Shown piece by piece: positions 59,030 through 64,000 of a stretch of 64,000 nt of DNA. Source of the DNA: Polyangiaceae bacterium (lineage in GTDB: Bacteria > Myxococcota_A > Polyangia > Polyangiales > Polyangiaceae). The stretch covers positions 1,056,001-1,120,000 of the forward strand of contig CBDCTZ010000016.1 in assembly GCA_965222375.1 (NCBI GenBank), written 5' to 3'. Numbering within the stretch: position 1 is the stretch's first letter; every line of letters starts with the position of its first letter. Both the position numbers and the translations under genes were made by a program. Below the pieces are notes generated by a model. That model was not told where the DNA came from. It did no database searches and saw only the letters and a list, made by a program, of their open reading frames with translations.

Positions 59030-60535
59030 TCATTTTGGTTTCGACAGCTCCGGCGGCACTGCAAATTCACGCTCCGTCACCATCTTGTCGTAAGCCATCC
59101 AGGCGCCGTATCCGAGCAGGGCGATCACGGCTGCGAACCCAATGATGACCATTGGGCCCTTCCGACGTGTGCCGAAGTTCGCGGGCGCCGGGATCGAGTC
59201 CCAGGTCAGATCGCGCTCCCGCGCGGGTGCGGGCAGGTCGGGGCTCGACGCCAGGCCCGGCGAAGATGGGAGGTTCGGCGAAGATGGGAGGTTCGGCGAA
59301 GATGGGTGGTTTGGTGAAGATGGCAGACCCGGAGATGGCGCGGGGACGGTTGGGCCCGGGACGTCATTGGGGATGGGCGAGGACATCACGTCGTCCACCC
59401 CCCGGTTCAACTCGGGGTTTTCTTGCGCGGCGGCCTGGGCCCGTTCGAGCATGCCCCGATCGATGGTGGGCGTGCGCAGCTCGCCTTCGATCAGCACCGA
59501 GTGGGAGCCGGTGCCGCCCTCGTAGACCTCGGCGACCAAGTCCGCGCGACTCTCGGCTGCATCTAGGGCGCGGGCGATCAGCTTCTTGCGCTTTGCAGTA
59601 CGGGACGCGAGCTTTTCGCTGACGTAGACGGCGACGTCGGACTGAGTGGTGGGACCGCAGAGTTGCACGATCGCGGTTTCCAAGGCCCGGTGCATTTCTT
59701 CCGCGGTCTTGAAGCGACCCTCCGGGCTGTAGGAGAGCGAGGTGTACACGATCTCCCCAATCTCCGGCGGCACGCCTCGAATCGGCTCCGGCGGCAAGCC
59801 TTTGACCAGCTGTGCCAGCGTTGCGAGTTGGTTGTCGCCCTCGTAGGGAGTGCGGCCGCTGAGCAGTTGATATAGCATGACGCCGGCAGCCCAGATGTCC
59901 GCCCGGGCGTCGACGTTCTTTCCAAGGGCCTGCTCGGGAGCCATATAGGCGACCTTGCCCTTGATGACGCCGGCGCTCGTTTCTTCACTCAGGCGATCGA
60001 TGGCCTTGGCGACGCCGAAATCAATCACCTTTACTTCGCCGCTCGTGCTGACCAACACGTTGGCGGGAGAGACGTCCCTGTGCACCACGCCGAGGGCGGA
60101 ACCGTCGTCGGATTTGATCTCGTGGGCCGCGTGCAGCCCGGCCAAGGTGTCCGAGACGATGCGAAGCACGATTCCGAGGGGGAGTTTCTCGCCTGAGCTA
60201 TGTACGACGCGACGCAGTGCAGCAACCGAGTCCCCATCGATCCACTCCAGGATGAGGTACATGAGGTCGCCCTCTTGGCCGAGATCGAGGATCTGCGCGA
60301 CGTTGGGGTGACGGATGTTCGCAATGATGCGCGCTTCGTCCAAGAACATCTTTTGAAAACGCGGATCCGCGGCATGCTGCGCAAGAATCGTTTTGACCGC
60401 CACCAGCTTCTCGAAGCCATGTCGTCCGGTCAGCCTGCCCACCCAGACCTGCGCCATCCCGCCCTGCGCGATGGGGCAGAGCATCTCGTAGCGGTCGAGC
60501 TTGCTACCTGGGGATAGGGGGCCTTCGTTGGACAT
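59030..60535 (-). CDS. Membrane-anchored Ser/Thr protein kinase
   Basis: GGMAQV, AVK, HRDVSPAN, DFG and YMAPEQ motifs; (PSSPNL)n linker; C-terminal TM. Confidence 0.93.
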   Translation of the reverse strand: MSNEGPLSPGSKLDRYEMLCPIAQGGMAQVWVGRLTGRHGFEKLVAVKTILAQHAADPRFQKMFLDEARIIANIRHPNVAQILDLGQEGDLMYLILEWIDGDSVAALRRVVHSSGEKLPLGIVLRIVSDTLAGLHAAHEIKSDDGSALGVVHRDVSPANVLVSTSGEVKVIDFGVAKAIDRLSEETSAGVIKGKVAYMAPEQALGKNVDARADIWAAGVMLYQLLSGRTPYEGDNQLATLAQLVKGLPPEPIRGVPPEIGEIVYTSLSYSPEGRFKTAEEMHRALETAIVQLCGPTTQSDVAVYVSEKLASRTAKRKKLIARALDAAESRADLVAEVYEGGTGSHSVLIEGELRTPTIDRGMLERAQAAAQENPELNRGVDDVMSSPIPNDVPGPTVPAPSPGLPSSPNHPSSPNLPSSPNLPSSPGLASSPDLPAPARERDLTWDSIPAPANFGTRRKGPMVIIGFAAVIALLGYGAWMAYDKMVTEREFAVPPELSKPK

Positions 60536-60652
60536 GCCGCGAACCGCGTTTTTCCCGTGTCGGGGGGATTCTTGCAAGGCTGCTTTTGCTCGGGGTGCTG
60601 GCGCGGGCTTCACGTGCTTGGTGAGGCGCCCGTACGGGTGTAGCCTAACTCC

Positions 60653-61150
60653 ATGGGCACCAACCCGATTTTGGGAATCGACGTGTATGTGGCCCTCGCA
60701 GCCGTCGGCTGGGCTGATGGCCAGCTGACACGCGAAGCCGCCGACGCAATTCTGAGAACCGCTTCGGAAGAGGGCATCGATCTCGATGCCCTCGCCAAGA
60801 TTGAAGAGGCCGTGAAAGAGCCCGTGGATGTGGGCGTCGTCGACCGCATGAACATGTCGAAGTCCGACCGTCTCTACGTCTACGCCGTGGCGTCGTGGAT
60901 AGCGGCAATTGATGGTCCCGCCTCCGAAGCCGCCCAAGACGCCCTCAACAAGCTGGGGGAAGCGCTGAGCGTTCCCGAGGCGCCGAGGCAGCACGCGGAT
61001 CAGATCATGCGTGAGGTTGCCGCTGAGGACTCCAGGCCTGAACGTTTCGATCTGAAGGTCCTGCGAGGGACCTTGGACGAGCGCCTGGAGGCAGCGCGCC
61101 AGGCACGCCTTGCCATGCTGGCCGAATCTTCCGATTCGGAGAAAGAATAG
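60653..61150 (+). CDS. TerB-like protein
   Basis: AVGWADG.LT.E...I and IAAIDG...E motifs. Confidence 0.65.
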   Translation: MGTNPILGIDVYVALAAVGWADGQLTREAADAILRTASEEGIDLDALAKIEEAVKEPVDVGVVDRMNMSKSDRLYVYAVASWIAAIDGPASEAAQDALNKLGEALSVPEAPRQHADQIMREVAAEDSRPERFDLKVLRGTLDERLEAARQARLAMLAESSDSEKE

Positions 61151-61160
61151 TCAGCGAACT

Positions 61161-62516
61161 TCAGGAATCGTCGTCGTCGTCTGCAGCAACCCGAAGTTCG
61201 AGAAGTCGAATCCGGCGTCGGCTTGCTTCGAGGACCGTGAAGGTTGCGCTACCCACCTGAGCGGAGTCGCCGATTCGGGGCGAGCGACCAATTTCCGATA
61301 GAACAAGACCCGCGACCGTGTCTTCGTCACGGTCCGAGAGTTCCAAGCCGATGGCTTGTTCGAGATCCATGACCAGGGTGGAGCCCGCCACGCGCCAAAC
61401 ACCGTCGTCCACCGCCACGACATCCGGGTGCTCTTCGTCGAATTCGTCCTGGATCTGCCCGACGATTTCCTCAATCACGTCTTCCAGAGACACGACGCCG
61501 CTGACGCCGCCGTATTCGTCCACAACCGCCGCCATATGCAGGCGTTCTTGACGCATTCGGCGCAGCAGTTTGTCGAGGGTCATGGTCTCGGGCACGAAGC
61601 TGATGTCGCGCTTGATGTCTTCCAAGGAAGTGAGCTTGGTGCGGGCGTAGAAGAGGTCCTTGATGTGCAGGAGTCCGATGACTTCGTCCAAGTCCCCCTT
61701 GCACAGCGGGAAGCGGGTGAAGGCGCTTTCCCTTGCGATATCGAGGTTCTCTTCCATGGAGCGCGTCAGAGACAGATAGGTGACATCTGCCCGTGGCACC
61801 ATGATGTGCCGTGCTACGCGATGTCCGAGCTCGAAGACGTTGTCCAGGAGCTCTCGGGTGTCTTTGTGCAGTTCACCCGCGTGTTCACTGCTGAGCAGCA
61901 GCCGCAACTCTTCCTCGCTGTGGGCGAGTTCCGACTCGGATACCGGGGAAATGCCGACGATGCGGAGAAGCGCGTTCGCTGTGTGGTTGAGGACCCAGAT
62001 GATGGGGTAGGTGAGTTTGTAGAAAGCGTACAAGGGAATCGCGAGCCACAGCGTGGTGGGCTCGGGCTTGCGAATGGCGAGAGACTTCGGTGCCAGTTCT
62101 CCCAGCACGATGTGGAGAACGGTGATGATCGCAAATGCCAGAGTGATGCTGACGGTCTGCGAGACTGCCGCTGACATGCCCGGCAATAGAGCCAGTACTG
62201 GCGAAAGCAGCCACGCGAACGCGGGTTCACCGATCCATCCCAACGCCAAGCTGGAAAGTGTGATGCCGAGCTGGCACGCGGACAGATAGGCGTCCAGGTG
62301 GCGGATCAAATGCATGCCGATCTTGCCGCGCATGTCGCCTCGCGCCGCATGAGGCTCCACCTGGGTCGGCCGCACTTTGACGATGGCAAATTCCGCCGCG
62401 ACGAAAAAACCGTTCAAGGCAACGAAGATCAAGCCCAAGGTGAGCCCAACCCACGGGTCCAGGCCTGGCTGCTCGGCGGGCAGGCCCCCGGAAAACGCTG
62501 ACGCGGTGGAGCTCAT
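61161..62516 (-). CDS. Hemolysin-family CNNM/CBS/CorC_HlyC protein
   Basis: NGFFVAAEFA, QLGIT, GELAPK, VDEYGG and EEIVG.I.DE motifs. Confidence 0.92.
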   Translation of the reverse strand: MSSTASAFSGGLPAEQPGLDPWVGLTLGLIFVALNGFFVAAEFAIVKVRPTQVEPHAARGDMRGKIGMHLIRHLDAYLSACQLGITLSSLALGWIGEPAFAWLLSPVLALLPGMSAAVSQTVSITLAFAIITVLHIVLGELAPKSLAIRKPEPTTLWLAIPLYAFYKLTYPIIWVLNHTANALLRIVGISPVSESELAHSEEELRLLLSSEHAGELHKDTRELLDNVFELGHRVARHIMVPRADVTYLSLTRSMEENLDIARESAFTRFPLCKGDLDEVIGLLHIKDLFYARTKLTSLEDIKRDISFVPETMTLDKLLRRMRQERLHMAAVVDEYGGVSGVVSLEDVIEEIVGQIQDEFDEEHPDVVAVDDGVWRVAGSTLVMDLEQAIGLELSDRDEDTVAGLVLSEIGRSPRIGDSAQVGSATFTVLEASRRRIRLLELRVAADDDDDS

Positions 62517-62717
62517 CTCCGGACCTGCGCCACCGCGCGATTCAATTCAGCGGATCTCAACCAACCAGTTGGAACCATAGGCCTCTTGTGGTCACGCGCG
62601 TCCCCCTAAAAGCGTGGTTCGCCAAACCTGCCACAAATTTTGGCAAATGACTGGCACTTTGCCCATGCTTGTCAAGAACTTGGCCCAGATCCCCCTGCTT
62701 CTATAAGTGAAGAGGGC

Positions 62718-62879
62718 ATGCTGGGGGCAGCAGAGTTGTGGGCGACCGGGGCAGTGATTGTCATCCTGGAGCTCGGCTACCTGCTGTGGTTCTCGGGGCG
62801 AAGCAAGCGCTTGGACAGTGGGCGCAGTACTCGGTTGGTCGAGGATGCGCGCCGCCTCGCCCTCCGAACCCGTCTCTAA
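62718..62879 (+). CDS. Possible small membrane protein
   Basis: GAGGG RBS; single TM helix followed by a basic tail. Confidence 0.35.
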   Translation: MLGAAELWATGAVIVILELGYLLWFSGRSKRLDSGRSTRLVEDARRLALRTRL

Positions 62880-64000
62880 GGCGGCGTACTCGATCCGGGT
62901 GCCTTCTTGGCGTCATTGTCGTCCTCGTCGTCATCTCCAATCCCGAAGAAACTGCGAATGCGCCCGAGGATGTCTACCCGGGATGCAGCGCCCTCCGCTC
63001 GAGCGCGAGCTTCATCCAAGTTCTCCCGGGCGACGAGCAGTTCCGCCTGCCTTCGAGCCAAAACGTCCGCCAGCTGTTCCGCGACGTCCGGTCGTAGGGA
63101 CAGCACGCGTTTCACGTTGCGCTTGTCAACGCGGTAACACTCCACCGGGTCCAGTGCCACGATATTCGCGGCGCGTTTTTCTCCTGTGAGCAGGCTCATC
63201 TCACCCAGGAATGCACCCGGGCCCAGGCGGGCGACCTGGCTGCGTTGGGCCCCGGTCGTCACGACGACTCCAACGTGGCCTCGAGTGATGATGAAGAGGC
63301 ATTGCTCGTCGTCGCCTTCGTGGGTCAGGTATTCACCCGCCGCGAAGCGGAGCCGATCCATGTGCTCCGCCAGAATGTCGAGTTCTTTGGGTTGCAGCTC
63401 GTGGAACAGGTCCACGTGTCGCAAGGCTTCATGGCGGCGTCGGAGCTGCTCCGCCTGTTTGGTCTGCTTGCGTTCGGCTGTTTCTTCGGTCACGAAGAGC
63501 GCGTGGGCAGGGATACTGGGCGTAATTCCAGAACGCCCCAGCGCGAGTACGATGCGCGAAAGCACGCGGCTGTCTCCTGCGGCCTCGTTGTCCAAATCCG
63601 TCAAGAAGTAACGGGTGGCGTAGCGTGCGTAGCTCTCGCGGATCTCCACGAGCACGCAATCTGGCGCTGGAGACGGCGCAACTCCCTCTAGGGGCGCGTC
63701 CCTCAAGGCTGCCGTCACGATCGACATGACTTGGTGCGGGTCCTGGCGAAAGTCGACGTTGAAGTGAACCCACCGACGCCATTGGCGGGGCGAAAAAGCC
63801 CGACGACCAAGCACCCGCACCTGCTCCTTGACCAGCAAGCTGTTCGGAATGATCACCGTTTCCCAGTCGCGGGTTTCGATGGCGGTGTAGCGCCAACTGA
63901 TTTCCGTGACCATTCCTTCGCGCCCAGCGACATTGATCCAATCCCCAACACTGATGGAGTTGTCCGTCTGAAGCGCCAGGCCGCCGACGATGTTCCCCAA
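62876..64000 (-). CDS. MscS-family mechanosensitive channel with a C-terminal cNMP-binding domain (5' partial)
   Basis: LGNIVGG..., GDWI, G.V.EI.WR.T, IPN motifs; GEMSLLTGE.RAA cNMP motif. Confidence 0.9.
   Translation of the reverse strand: MGNIVGGLALQTDNSISVGDWINVAGREGMVTEISWRYTAIETRDWETVIIPNSLLVKEQVRVLGRRAFSPRQWRRWVHFNVDFRQDPHQVMSIVTAALRDAPLEGVAPSPAPDCVLVEIRESYARYATRYFLTDLDNEAAGDSRVLSRIVLALGRSGITPSIPAHALFVTEETAERKQTKQAEQLRRRHEALRHVDLFHELQPKELDILAEHMDRLRFAAGEYLTHEGDDEQCLFIITRGHVGVVVTTGAQRSQVARLGPGAFLGEMSLLTGEKRAANIVALDPVECYRVDKRNVKRVLSLRPDVAEQLADVLARRQAELLVARENLDEARARAEGAASRVDILGRIRSFFGIGDDDEDDNDAKKAPGSSTPP

Noticed and set aside
59030..60994. 654-aa kinase as given by the ORF track
   Set aside because: The first ~150 codons overlap the divergent TerB-like gene; the real start is most likely ATG 60535.

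Overview
GC-rich bacterial chromosome segment, most consistent with Myxococcota (Polyangiia-like). Support: many Cys-rich lipoproteins, Ser/Thr kinases, sigma54 activators and a divergent EF-Tu switch-I region. The core is a conserved cluster at 31.5-45.9 kb: tRNA-Thr/Tyr/Gly/Thr, tuf, rpmG, tRNA-Trp, secE, nusG, rplKAJL, rpoBC. To the left are a vapBC pair, a small-protein/nucleotidyltransferase pair, a frameshifted lipoprotein with a MACPF-like motif, an adenylate cyclase, two convergent sigma54 activators (kinase-fused and FHA-fused), cysQ, an aldo/keto reductase, cbiMQO, a GT-C-like protein and trmB. To the right is a ~10 kb accessory island after rpoC. It holds a four-helix-bundle (Avd/IVP-like) gene preceded by two copies of a covarying three-way-junction element, a second TA pair, and a secreted sphingomyelinase-like gene whose natural start is put out of frame by a (GCAC)8 tract. 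At least four families of non-coding repeats occur, and eight genes look leaderless. No CRISPR array, rRNA or transposase was seen. All functional calls come from motif recognition by eye; no database search was run.
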